64,000 nt of DNA, taken from NCBI RefSeq assembly GCF_009914755.1, contig NC_060930.1; one strand, written 5' to 3'. Shown here piece after piece: positions 34,561-47,860 of this stretch; positions within the stretch are counted from its first letter, which is position 1, and the number at the start of each line of letters is the position of its first letter. The position numbers and the translations under genes are program-made. Below the pieces are notes generated by a model, which saw only the letters and a list, made by a program, of their open reading frames with translations, was not told the origin of the DNA and ran no database searches. The DNA is from the human T2T-CHM13v2.0 reference genome, Homo sapiens.

Positions 34561-35013
34561 GGAATGAATGGAAGGTTCAATCTCGCGCGCTCGGCGCCGG
34601 CAGCCAATGACGCGGCCGGTAGCGGCGGCGGGCAGGTGTGCGCGTGCCGCCGGCTGACGCAGGGCTCCAGTCGAACCGCCTGGTGCCGCCGCCGCGCCCC
34701 GCGCTCCCCCACCCGGCTCAGCCCCCTCCTCCCCGCGCCCCGCCACTCGCCGGGCTGCGGCGGCGGAGTGGTGGCGACAGCGGATTCCGTGCCCGGTGGC
34801 CGCGCGCCGCCCGGCTGTTCCGCGTCCCCTTGCCGGCTCACAATGTGCTGACCCTCCCGGCCCCGCCGCGCGCCTCACAGGTCTCTCGACCTCCGCGCTC
34901 CCTCAGGAAGTGACAGACTCCAGGCCCCTTCCTCCGCCCCGTCCTTCGGGACTGAACGCCACACACGTCCTCACACCCTCTCCCCCTCTCACACCCAGGC
35001 TAGCGACGCGACC

Positions 35014-35027
35014 ATGAGGCCCCGGAG
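35014..35027 (+). other. LIN28B: 3' end of a putative CpG-island first exon with uAUG and strong donor
   Basis: GACC-ATG-AGGCCCCGGAG|GTAAGC. Confidence 0.6.
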
Positions 35028-35591
35028 GTAAGCAGCCGGCCCCGCGGCCGCGCGAGTGCGAGCGTGGCCGGGTGTGCGTGCGGGTGCGGACGCCGCTCGC
35101 GGTCCCGAGTCTGGCACGTGAGCAACGTCGAGGGGAGCTCCGTGCTGAGGAGCAGGAAGAAAAGAGGAGGCGCGAGCGCCAGGGAGGGGCGAGGACTGGG
35201 CACCGCGGGGAAGTGACAGGTCTCGCAGCAAGTTGCGGTTCGGAAGCCGGCGCGCCGCGTCTTTCCTTCGCCGGCCCTGATTTATTGCCCCGGTGCTGCC
35301 GCTAAGACGCGGGCAGTCGATGTACTTCCGGGTTCACACCTTTCTCTCCCCGCTCGGTGCTGCTGGGTCGGCGCCCGGTGTGGGCACTGCGTTGCCACAG
35401 CGGCCGCCCAGGCTCGCCGCTGCGGTTGCTGCCGGGCGGCCAAAGCCGGCTTGGAGCGGGAGGGCGGGGCGGGGCAGGGCGGGGGCGCAGGCCACGCGGG
35501 GGCGCAGGGCGCGAGGGTGCGGCGCAGGCTGGGGTCCCGGCGGCGGGTCCTCGCGGCCGGTGCCGGCTCGTCTGGGACGCACGGGGCCGCG

Positions 35592-35604
35592 CCGCCAGAG
35601 GGCG
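35592..35604 (+). promoter_or_regulatory. CTCF-like motif
   Basis: CCGCCAGAGGGCG closely matches the core CCACCAGGGGGCG. Confidence 0.55.
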
Positions 35605-37961
35605 TGCGCACCTCCCTTTCGCGCTCCGCAAGCCGAACTGCTTTGTACCGGGCAGGCGTCGGGGATCGTTTTTGCTTTGGTATCGGTGATGTAAATTCAT
35701 GAATTAAAATTAAGGATTTTGAAAAGAACGGGGAAGAACGCACTTGGATTTAGGTTGTTTTTGAAAAGGAAAAACCAAAGAGGAAATGATACGTTTGCAG
35801 GAGCATTAACTGACTACTGACTGGAACATTGGATGCGGGTGCTTTGTGAAGATTTGTACTCCAAAAACTTTTTTTAAAAATTGCACGTTGGTAAATATTG
35901 AGTGTTTTCGAGTAAAATCTAACAGTATGTATTTAGTGCCCTTATTGCGGAAATTTCTTAAATGTAAGTAATAGTAAGTCCGCCATTTTGAATTGTTTCA
36001 TGTAACACAGAATGAAATCTTAGGTGCCTGTGTTTCCTTGAGTTCCCTTCAGTTCTTTGTGGGTTTGTTTTCATCCGTAGGTTTTTAAGGTTGCCAAGTG
36101 TCACTGTTCATGGAACTAAATTCTCCACTGTAGATTTTTATACCTATTATTGTTAATGCAAGGGGAAAATAAATTATACTCCTATTCTATTGTAGTTTTT
36201 TATTTATCGATCACAAATACTGTGGAAGTGAAAATTACACCTGACAACTAGTATTAGAATGAATTTAAAACGTTTTACAACATTGCTGGGAAAATATGAC
36301 TTAAAGTGATTTTTAATCAAGAAAATATTAATGTTTCTTTTTTTGGTGCTGGTTATTACCATATTTACTTAGATAATGCAAAAGTGCTTTTTTAAAAAGC
36401 ACATTTTTACGTCCAACAATAAGTATAAAACATCACAGTTTTATGAAAGCTTTCAGGGAAGATTTGAAAGTTAAGGGTGAATTCTTGGAAATATATGCCA
36501 ATTTGTATGAAAAAATAAATTTGCTATGAAATTTATGCCTTTTTTTCTTCTGTGAATTTGCATAGATTTTATAGAGGAGTCATATGATAAATTAACAGAA
36601 GAGAATGTAATAATCAGTATTCCATTTTCAATAATAATTACACCCTTGTCCATCTTAGGGAAGGTTCTTGCCTGCCAAATTATTTATCTTTGCATGTATG
36701 AAATACAGCAATCCAGTGTGCTTAATTTCCTACAGAGCTTTAGAAATGAAACTGACACAAGGCCTCTTCTACCAATGAATAAAAAAGTTTTATTTGACTT
36801 TTCCATTTTACAAGTAGGATCAGCTAATCTTTGCTTTACAATATAAGGTCATAAAAATTTAAGGAATTGGATCGGGTTGTAATGCATATTGGTTTTTGGT
36901 AACTTTATAGGTGCTTCTCAATTAATAGATCTGGAACTAAATGATTCAATAATTATATTCTCATTAATCCTTGTCAGACTGTATGGTGTCTTACTATGTA
37001 TGTTCTCTGCTAGACTTCAGAAACAATAAAAAGTTTGTTGTGAAATTAGTCAAGATTTAAATTTAAAAATCGCTAGGTTGTGAGGCGAGGTATGTCAATC
37101 TTATACTTTGTAAGGGAAGCAAATCGAGATTTAAAATAGTAGTGCTCAAAGTTAGTCTTCAGAATAACTTGTTTTTAAGTTTATTGCACATATAAATCCC
37201 AAAATACGGTGAATTTAAGTTTGGCTTTTTTTTTCCGGTTTACTCTGAAGAAAGAGAAGATTAAATAGATCTTACCTGCCTAAAAGTTTGATAATGCTTG
37301 GTATCTGATCTGGTAACATGATTAGGGTTTTGTGACACACTGCTGTCATAATTTACAAATCATGATTAAAGGAAGAAAATAAGTTATTAAATAAAACATG
37401 TATGAATAACAGTCTTCAGGTGTGAGTGATGTCTCTTTAAAAATAATTGAAGCGCTAGGCACAGCTACCAAATTTGGGGACTGTATTAGCAAGTTCAGGT
37501 CAGGAAATGATCTATAAACATTTATCTTAATCCAAAGTTGCATTGATTTAAAAAATGAAACATGGGCATACAGGGATGAATCAATTTAGAAGTAATTAAA
37601 TTATTGATTATGAAAGTGGCGTTACAAATTTTTGGACAACTAAAGCGTTTTCTTATTAGGTATTTTTTAATAGAATTTAATTTTCTTTTAAAATTCTCAG
37701 ATACTCAGTTTTTTTTGTTTAAATACTTTTGAACCTGTACCTTATTTCCTTGACTTTTAAAGGGACTGTATTTTCTTTACAAATAACTACTGTTTTTGAT
37801 GAACCACAAAGTAAAGTATTTCTAGCTTGCCAAGAAGAACAATGGAAATTCTTTACATTCAAATACTTCAGGTTGATTTATATGAATAAGTCTTCGAATA
37901 TATGAAATACAGAATCTCATTGTTTTGAGAAACTTGCCCACCATGTACTTGTATACATGTA

Positions 37962-38094
37962 CATTATTGTGTTGGATTTCTCTGACACAATGATGCTCGA
38001 CAAAGTCGCTGGCCACAGTGCTGAATCAAGACAGCCATATTGGTCCCTGCTAAATCTGACTGAAAACTGTACAGTACACAGAAATTGTGTAGGG
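37962..38094. mobile_element. Ancient palindromic repeat fragment, Eulor1-like
   Basis: 15-bp hairpin 37962-37995 followed by GCTCGACAAAGTCGC...GGTCCCTGCTAAATC...GAAATTGTGTAGGG, resembling the Eulor1 consensus as recalled. Confidence 0.55.
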
Positions 38095-41000
38095 ATTCAA
38101 GTAGCATCATGACTATAGGAAATATATGCATATATATTTCATAAATTTTTTTTTTGCTTTTCACCTAGTTGAATTGGAATCATCAGAAATTGTGATAGAG
38201 AAATGTTATCCCTGAAGTATATTAATTTACTGTGTAACATTGATTTTGAATAATGTCAGTAAAATCAATAGGATCAATGCTAGAGGTTTTCTCTTTCTTT
38301 GAAAGCTGCCACTTGCAGATGATGACAAGATTTTAAAAACCCGTTTAAGCAACTAGTTATTTAACTCAAAAACTGTACAGTTTTAGTTGACACTACTGGT
38401 AAGATAGAGTATGAACTTGATATTTGCAATTTTTGATTTAGGTTCATATTCTGGCACTATCAAAACCAACATCAAAATATGTGATATCAAGCTTAAATTA
38501 GAAATCATTCATGAAATAAATTCCACTTAAAAACATTAAATAATTTAAAAAATAAGAATATAAATTTTGAAATTATAATGATATTGACCTGTCATTTGGG
38601 GGAAATTTTCTATTGTTTGAAACAGGACAAACAGCAGGCTTTTACTGCTTACAATATTACTGTGCTCTACATTATATGAAATGAGTACTAGTATGAAACC
38701 ATTGTAGAAATTACCTGAAAAGTAATGTTGTAATACATTTAATATATCAGTAAAAAGTACTATTTTAAGCATAGAACTTTGACATGATTCTTCTAAAAAT
38801 AGAATGGGTTGATATGCAGGATCATCAAATTAAGGGTCAAAGGTGACAAATCAGGACAAAGGGCATGCAGCTCATTTTCAAGCAATCAGTTTCTAGTTTT
38901 TTCTTAGCGGAACAAAAGCTTAATTATATGGAAAAAAAGACTTGATGTTGAATGGCCAGTTCTAATGGTGGAAAAACATGTTTACAATTTTCTAGATATT
39001 TTGAAATCAGTATTTATTTTACAGACTTACTTGGAAAGGCAAGAGCCGAAATGCTACTTTTATGTTTTTCAAACATTTTTCTGTGCATCATTTGTTCAGA
39101 CTTTACAAAAACATTTTAACTAAAATATTCTAGACTGTATAGGTTAAAAAATAGACATTTTGTGGATTTAACATTTTAGAAAAAATCTGTAAATTATGTG
39201 TTATCTTTTGTATTAGTCTGTTATAATCTCCTCTGTTAGTTAAAATCCTATTATTTTTATTTGCTATTACATTTATTACATCAGTAAGTCACCCAGTGTT
39301 GTAAGGATGAGTAACTTGTAAAGTGTCTCTTTATCTTTATTAAAATGTTAATTGAAAATATTTAGAATACACAAAGTTCTCATTTACTTGTTAATCTCTG
39401 GTGATGATATAAATTTTGAACCATTAATAATGTTGTATATTAAAACTTAAAATGTATGTCAATAAAATTTCCTTGTTATTATTGTAATTAAAAGAAGTGT
39501 TCAGTTTTACCTAGAATCATTTTTGTTTACTGTATCAAAAAGCCACTTTAAAGTTTTGTCTTAAAGTTATGGTGGGCCTTCAAAGTATATGTGATTACCT
39601 TTTTTAAGGCAGGAATTTTGCCATTATTTTGATCTTTTTGATTTGAAACCACTATCGCTTTCTTTTACTTTTCTTCAACGTGATCTAACAGTGACTGGGC
39701 TGTGAGCTCGATTACATAAAGTTATTATTTCATATGTTGGAAAATACAAACACATTAGCAAAACTAACTGTGCTGTGGCTCAACTGTGTTATAGCTTACA
39801 TTTAAGCTAAAGAATTGTGTTTGCCAGCTGCTATCTGTGCCATAATATTGCCTTTAAACAATTTTGAAAATATGCCAGTCATCTTAAATTATTACTCATT
39901 TGTTTTTATTTTCCAAAATAAATTCTTCTTATTACAGTATTTGAAGAGAATGATAGAGGTGTCCATATCTTATATGAAACAAATAAAATTTCTATTTGTA
40001 ATATGGTTGAGAAAATTAAATTTATCTCTGTGATTCAGCAGTGCCAAAAATACTACCCTCTGATTTAAGGTTGAGTGTTTCATATGATATATTCTAAATT
40101 AAATTATATACTTTATAAATATAAGAAATAATGCAACTTTGAGATTTTTTCCTAATATAAAATTTTCTGTTCTCTTGATAATTGTAAAAATATTTCACCG
40201 AATGTGAAGCTTGTTTTCAAACTCCAATAGCCTAATATTTTTAAACTGTAGAAAGTCATGTGTAACTATTTCTCTTACTTTTAAGTAAATTATTTTGTTT
40301 AGATTTTCTGTTCCTGTGTATGATTGAGGGTACATCAGCAACATTTCCAGCTACATCTATGATTAAAGTAGGATGTTCAGTTAAATTGCAAAATAATTTA
40401 TCCTGATTTTACTGAGGCAGCATTTGAATTTAGTCTGTTGACTAATTGCAAAAAATAATTACAGTAAGGTTTGTAATAGATATTAAATGTTCGTTTAAAG
40501 GACAATGTAAGGAAACACTTTCATAAAGCACCTGCATTCACTTCAGTGTTGAACTTCCATGTTTAATATTTTATTTGATGTGTGTGTGTGTTATATTTTA
40601 AGTTATAGTCAATTTAAATCAGTATTGTGCTTTGGGTTTTACTCTGGTGTTAGTGTAATATTAATATGTTTGCTATATGATTTTAAGTAATGTTATTTTA
40701 AAACGTTTTCTCTTGCTAGGAAAGAAAAATGTGTGTTGCTTTCCAAAGAATGTAGTTCAGTGATAGTTGACACATACTATAGATTAATTTTTCTTTAAAC
40801 CATAAAGTGAATATTTATTATAGTAAGTTGTAATGTACTTTACACTTATGTTATTTTAGAAAATACTATAACAGAAACAAAAAATTATCTGAAGTATTTT
40901 TTAAAATGTTGAAAAATTCTGGAGATGAGAATAAGTAATGAAATAATTTTTCTTATTATGGTGAATACTATTCCTGATTGTTAAATCATTTTTGCAACTT

Positions 41001-41140
41001 AAAGTAAATTTTGCATTTGTTAGTATTAGAAGTAAAAGTTAGCATGATGTGAATTGAAATAAAATTCTGAGTAATATGTAATGTAGTAGTAATTTATTTT
41101 TATTTATCACTTCATTTATCTGAGCTTAACAGCTTGGCAA

Positions 41141-41545
<405 letters not shown>

Positions 41546-42201
41546 TGAAGAATATTGTTATATATTTTAGTAGAAAGTGTGAAATCTAAGAATGTTTGTG
41601 ATGGATACTCTTTATAAGTTAGGCACTCCTATAGCAGTAAATCATATATTTAAATTAAAATAATTGGAATTATTTTGTATATATGTATTTTATATTTGTA
41701 ATATATGTATTTTATATTTATAAGAGATTAATTGCCTATCCAATTATTTTTTATGAAAAGATGGTTTAACAAAACATTTTGCGTACTTTTTTTTTTTTTT
41801 TTATAAAAGCCAACCTAGGAATAATCAACCTCGGTACAGGAATTCGTTGTCATTGGTTCAAAAAATATAATGAATACAAAATAATGCCAGAATTATAATA
41901 ATGAGCTAAATATACACAGTCTCTCTAATCACAGAGCATAGAGTTCAGTTGGGAGAGAGAACATTTTCATGGACTGTTATAATAAACCACAGTACACTAT
42001 TACATGGTAGAGACATTGTATTCAGTATGGAACAGTATGAAAAAGAGCTCTAAGTAGAGATCTAAATGATGAATGGAGATTATTCTCGTGTAGGGGCAAA
42101 GAAGTGTATTTTGGGATTTCATAGGTTTAGGTTTTTGTTTTCTAAGAAAACGTAATGAACTCTGTTAAATAAAATATTTTAACAAAATGTATTAAATACA
42201 A

Positions 42202-42514
<313 letters not shown>

Positions 42515-44475
42515 TCATGTATAAAATGTCAGTGGCTGTTTTTGGAGTATTCATGCATTTGAAGAATTATTTTAACTCCTGATATTTCATTTCAAAAAAC
42601 AGTCACCTAGAATAAGAATATGAACATTTAAAATTATAAATATTTTACAGCTTATACCTGTCTCATTCCTATTATAGTTGTTCAGTCAATATTGGATGGA
42701 TACATGATAATATCTACATTTAAACAATGCTATTTTTTCTACTCTTGTTTTTGAACAATTTTAAACCATTAATATTAGTGAAAAACATTAATTGTGAAAT
42801 AATTTCATGTTACTTTTCCTTTGAAGCGGACATTACTGTTAAAACTAGTATAACCAAGGACATCATATGTAAGTTTGAATAGTGAAAAATCTGAATGTTA
42901 TTGTCAGTCAAATTGGCTTTTTTAAAAAAACTCCAAAAGCTAATAGTTAGAGCTCTTGAATTAAATAGCATTATTTAGCTAACTTTCTTACATTATTTGA
43001 TTTTGGCTTTATTAAACCTATTTGTGATAGTTTGTCCAAATTATTTGCAAAGTTTTTTTTTTTTTAACAAACCCTATCTATTGTATTTACACATCTTTAA
43101 AATATGTTGGCTTGAATTCTTCTCTAAATATAAGCAGATAGGATTAAGAATAGGCTGTGGACTATTAGAATAGAAAGGCAGAAGCTACAGTTGTGCTGAA
43201 ATATTTATGTACAATAATTAAATATACTCACACATAAGCCAGATGTGCAAAATAAAACTTGATACAGGATCAATGTAAAGGAAAGCTCTGTTTCATTAAG
43301 TGTCTGTAATGAATTTTGTTAAAGTTAGGATCTGTCATTATCTTGTGTCTTTTGGTTGTAAACACAGGCTAAGTGAAGGATTTAATGTACAGAGGTTCAC
43401 GTGCCTTTTGTTCACATTCTTCCTCTATTCTTTTCAAATCTAACTCGGTGGGATTGTCATCCTTTGTAAAAAGAACCTTGGGTCAACATTCAGTAGAACC
43501 CTGCACTTGGAAAAGTCTCCATTTCCTTTTGAGAAGAAAATTAGATTGCAACTTAAAGAATTTGCACAGAATGGTTTTACTTATTTTTTGTGAGTTGATA
43601 TAGTAGGTCTAGTGTGTAAAACTTAGTTAAGGAAAGACAACTCTGGGTGTAGCAGGTGAGTGCATGCATGTTCACACCAATCTGTTTTGCAAACCTTAAT
43701 AACTGACCCAAGGATAAAAACAATAATTTAGTAGTCACCAGGAGTTCCTCTTCCAATCACTATACTTGATTACTGTGTGGCCTCTTTATTGCAAGTTTTA
43801 TTGTGTTGTGGCATCTGCCAATGGATGTATTAGAAACATCAATATTTACTCATATTTAAAAAATGAGAACTGTTTGCTTTTTAAAAAACATTAACCCATT
43901 TAAAAATATAAGTTAAAATGCATATTAGATATTTAAAAATATACTTAATGATTAAATGTATTACCATTAATGTAATTTTTCATTCACTTGACTGCAACAG
44001 CCCCAATATCTATTTTATAGTACCATCGTTAGATTCTCATGATTTATCTTCTGAAATATATCTGAAGAGAATAGTCAAAGAAGTTAGTTCTTCAAGAAAC
44101 ATGATATTCTAGGTTAAGTAGATTTTAACTGTGCTTGGAAAAAATACTAGTATTTTAAAATTACAGTGTAAAATTAAATATTAAAATTTAAACTGCATTG
44201 TTCGTGATATTGGGATCTTTTGACTGCATCTTAATGGTCTTAAATGTTGTAAATGTTCTTTAAACTAGTGTCCTCTACTAGATATAAAAGGCAAGTATAT
44301 GCCAATTGGTTATCTAATTTTGCTAGGTGAGTCTTAAACTGTAAAAAAAAGTTTACAGGTCTCTTCACAGAGTCAAAACCTGGGCATTTTATTGCTTTCT
44401 AATGGCCATTAGGATGAAGAAGAGGCAATTAAATAGGCAATTAATGTAGTACTGACTTGAGCTCTCTGATTTTAG

Positions 44476-44524
44476 GTTCTTCAGAAGAGGATGAGGTCAT
44501 TCAACCAGGTTTCATCAGCCCCAG
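44476..44524 (+). CDS. LIN28B: 49-nt alternative LIN28B exon (VLQKRMRSFNQVSSAP+G; internal ATG 44491)
   Basis: Branch point TACTGAC 44450-44456, acceptor TTTTAG|, donor CAG|GTTAGT; ends in phase 1, matching exon 2; no stop in frame. Confidence 0.8.
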
Positions 44525-45854
44525 GTTAGTCTTTTTTTTTTTTTTTAAATATTTTGTTTAATTAATGTTTTAAAAGATCAAGATCGCTAGAGGCATATGA
44601 GAACCTGACAGCCCTCAGGAATTCTCCATCCTTTCTACTTTGGCAAGACAGGTACCAAGTCCTCCTATACTTCGTCCTGATCACTCCATCTAAAAAACTG
44701 GTGTTCCCATAAGAATTACGTGGACAACCTCTTCTAATTAACCCCTTTCCCCCCACCCCCACTTTTAGCAGTATTGTATTTTGTGATTCCTTTTTCTGTA
44801 ACTCAAGCAGCATAGATAACAGATATTTAAATGCTTATGGAGATGAATGAAAAGTATTCATGGTTTGTTCATTTTTGTAACTCCCAAAGTAAAATATGCA
44901 CTAACGAATATCTGCTGAACTAAATTAAAAATGGAGACATGGTGCTGTTTTAAAATAATTTATCATAACAGAAATAGCACAATATATTAGACATTTTGAG
45001 GAAATTTTTCTTATCTAGGAAGCTCTGTGTTGCTTTTCATAAACATATATCAGAATTTGCTCCTCGTTTTCATATGACAAAGCTGAGTCATTTGAACTTT
45101 AATATTTTAAACCCAGACTTTTGACATGCTTTCTTATATTATTAAAATTAACTTAAAAGTTATAGCACCATTTTTTAGTAACAATCTTATTTGATGATAA
45201 TTTATTACTCTGGCTTGACCATACCACTTTGAAGGCACACATAGGAGCTGTGATATTGCAAAGTATATGAATATTAATAATAACTACAAGTAAAATGATG
45301 TTATTCTGTTATTAAACTTTTCAAATATAGGATTGTGAGTAGCAAGAGGAAAGCAGTAAGGATCAAAAAGTTGGATGAGGAAACCATGATAGGATTTCCA
45401 TTTGAGAAACTGCTTTTTTTTTGGAGTGAATCTTGACATAGGGGTGATACTCTAATATCATGAAAAAGAAGATTCTCAAAAGTTGGTACAAATGTTTTAG
45501 TATACCACCTAGTTTCCTCTTATTATTGTTTTCATTTATTAATTTTTTATTTTTTTCCCCTTATTATCGACTGTGGTTTTCTGTTGGGGCCAGTTCAGAG
45601 ACCTTTTTCTTTTCTGTTGGGAAATAATGTTAACACCAATGTGTTAAGTGACTGCAATAAAGTTTCATGTCTGTATTTCCTTGTGATTAAAAAGGATCGG
45701 AGGGGAAAGGTACAACTTTCACCAGAAGAATGGTTATTTCTAGAGATTACATTTCAAGTTAAAAGACTTTGAATATTTGCTGGTCCAGTTTCCTCACTTT
45801 ACAGATGAAGAAACTGAGTTCCAGAGAAGTTTAGTGATTAGCCCAAGGCCACAG

Positions 45855-45892
45855 ATTGGTAAATAGGACCAGAATTGGTAAATAGGACCAGA
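45855..45892. repeat. Perfect 19-bp tandem duplication within a MIR
   Basis: ATTGGTAAATAGGACCAGA x2. Confidence 0.95.
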
Positions 45893-46674
45893 ATTCTGGC
45901 CTCCATTTTCTAGCTGGGCTTTTTCTCCACAGATTTGCTTCTCACACATGCTGATTTGCTTCAGGCATCTTTAAAGCCTGAAGATTTCTTTTAACTTGTC
46001 TCATCTTTTACCCTGCCACTCTTCTTTCCTTTTTCATTTCTGATATACTTGCCCTCTCCCCTCAAATAAACCCAAAGGGTAAATATTGAAATAAATACCT
46101 GGGAGACAGTCCACATTCTTATTTCAGTTGATTATTTCTTTTGATGAAATAGAGCTTTAAAGAATACTTTTATTCATTGCTTGAGGGAGGAAGAAAGAAT
46201 AGTATATTAACATTATTTAGTGTTTGCTCCACAGACTCATGGTATTTATTGCAAAAAGACCTTTAAATTAGGAAACATACATGTTCAAGTAGTACAGTTG
46301 AAAAATACTTTCATTTTGCAGCTAAAACATGAAGCTTCCTTTTGTGCCATTCTGGGCAAAGTAATGTAAAACTTAGTACTAAATGATTTTTCTAGCCTGT
46401 TACTATTCTAATTAAAGTAATTTAAGAAAGTATTTGTTGAGCACAGTTTGGAAAATATTTTTCCTGCTTATTGGGAGAGAAGTATGTTAATGTAATAGGA
46501 TTTTTGCTATTCCAGGTTTTTAAAAAGATACTTTCTACAGCTATTATGTATAATTTTTAAAAAAAGTTAAAAAATTCTTTCTTCAGAATGTTAGTCTTAA
46601 AATAATGCTCCTTTTCTGAATTTTGTTGTAAATATTTTGCTGAAACATAACTGACCAAAAAGAAGGAAGCATTT

Positions 46675-46740
46675 GCAAATTTTGAAATGTAAAGGGAAAT
46701 TTTGAAATATAAAGGCAAATTTTGAAATATAAAGGCAATT
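46675..46740. repeat. 20-bp minisatellite, about 3.3 copies
   Basis: GCAAATTTTGAAATRTAAAG units at 46675, 46695 and 46715. Confidence 0.95.
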
Positions 46741-47009
46741 TGTGTGGAAAACTTAAAATTTATGCTAATCCGTTTCTGTATTTCCATAATTTTACTTTAT
46801 TATTCTGGGGAAAGTGTGTTAAGGTATTTAATGAAAGTCTCGAGAGATTTTTACCTCTGTATAAAAATTCTAACGTTGGACCAATTGTGTGAAGCCAGAG
46901 CATTTTGCCTCCAGACAAGGAAATTAAATGAGAATAGAATTTTGCTTTTTGGAAACAAAAGCAAAGCGACCCAACTATATTCTGAAGTGCCTCTGCTGCA
47001 AGACCCAAG

Positions 47010-47860
47010 CACCCAGTCGGGCGCGCCTTGCATTTGTCTCCATGTCGTAGGAATGTCAAGAAAGTTACCGCCAAGTGGTTTACCAAAACGCGGCGGAAGG
47101 AATCAGGACAGTTTGCCCGACGGGCGGGTCGGCGGCTTTCAGGCGGGAGAGATCTTGCCAGGGGCAGAGAGAGATCCCGAAAATCGCCCCCAGCCTTGCG
47201 TCCAGCCCTTTCTCGCCGACGTTTTTTCTTGATCCTCCGAAGGCCCAGGGCGACGTTTGCCATCGCGGCTTCCCGAAAGGACGGCGCCGGGTTTGCTGGA
47301 AGACAGCTCAGTTTTAGGCATGGCCCGGTGGGGGTGGGGGTGCTCATTTTCTTGGGTTCGGATTCCCTCTCTTTGACCGCACTTATCTTAGCTTTAGGAG
47401 ATTCTGGCATCTCATAGGAAAAGGGATCAAATTATAAGTGATATACGTCTGGAAATTCAGTAAAAATAGTAGGTTGTGCGTAGTGTTTTTGCCATAGTAG
47501 TGAAGGCAGGGATTTCTTTTGTTTGGTGTTCTTGGGGACAAGATGACAAATGTAAAAGTCCCTAAATTAGTGAGAAATCACCAGCCTTTGGATCTACCCC
47601 ACTTAGGGAGAGGAGATGGTAAAGTGACGAATAAAGGGAAAAGTGACTGAGGAAAGAAAGGTGAGAGGAAGCTGCAGAGGCAGGAGGTGGAGGGAAAGCG
47701 CAGATCTGCTGGCGCGGGGTCTGGGGTCTCAGGTCTCGGCCGCCTGGGGAGCGACCTGCCTGGAGAGGCGGGTTGCGATGGCAGCGCTGGGCTACAGACC
47801 CCGCCTTATTTGCGGGGAGGAGAGGACGGGTGGAGTCACTTGCCGCATTGCCACAGCCCC
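47010..47860. promoter_or_regulatory. Two small non-repeat CpG-rich patches (47010-47330 and 47690-47860)
   Basis: Abrupt CpG enrichment in an AT-rich background. Confidence 0.65.

Larger units (their letters stand above)
34330..35700. promoter_or_regulatory. CpG island / probable bidirectional upstream promoter
   Basis: Very high GC and CpG density; CCAAT+TGACG 34604-34612, ETS CAGGAAGTG ~34904 and ACTTCCGG 35324, E-box CACGTG 35115, GC boxes 35461-35485. Confidence 0.92.

Noticed and set aside
34273-35743. Overlapping long ORFs on both strands (up to 201 aa)
   Set aside because: Ala/Arg/Gly/Pro-rich by-products of stop-codon scarcity in a CpG island; the 201-aa ORF starts at GTG and has no recognisable domain
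46744-47417. ORFs of 162, 216 and 129 aa
   Set aside because: Overlap a CpG-rich patch with no recognisable homology or coherent exon structure
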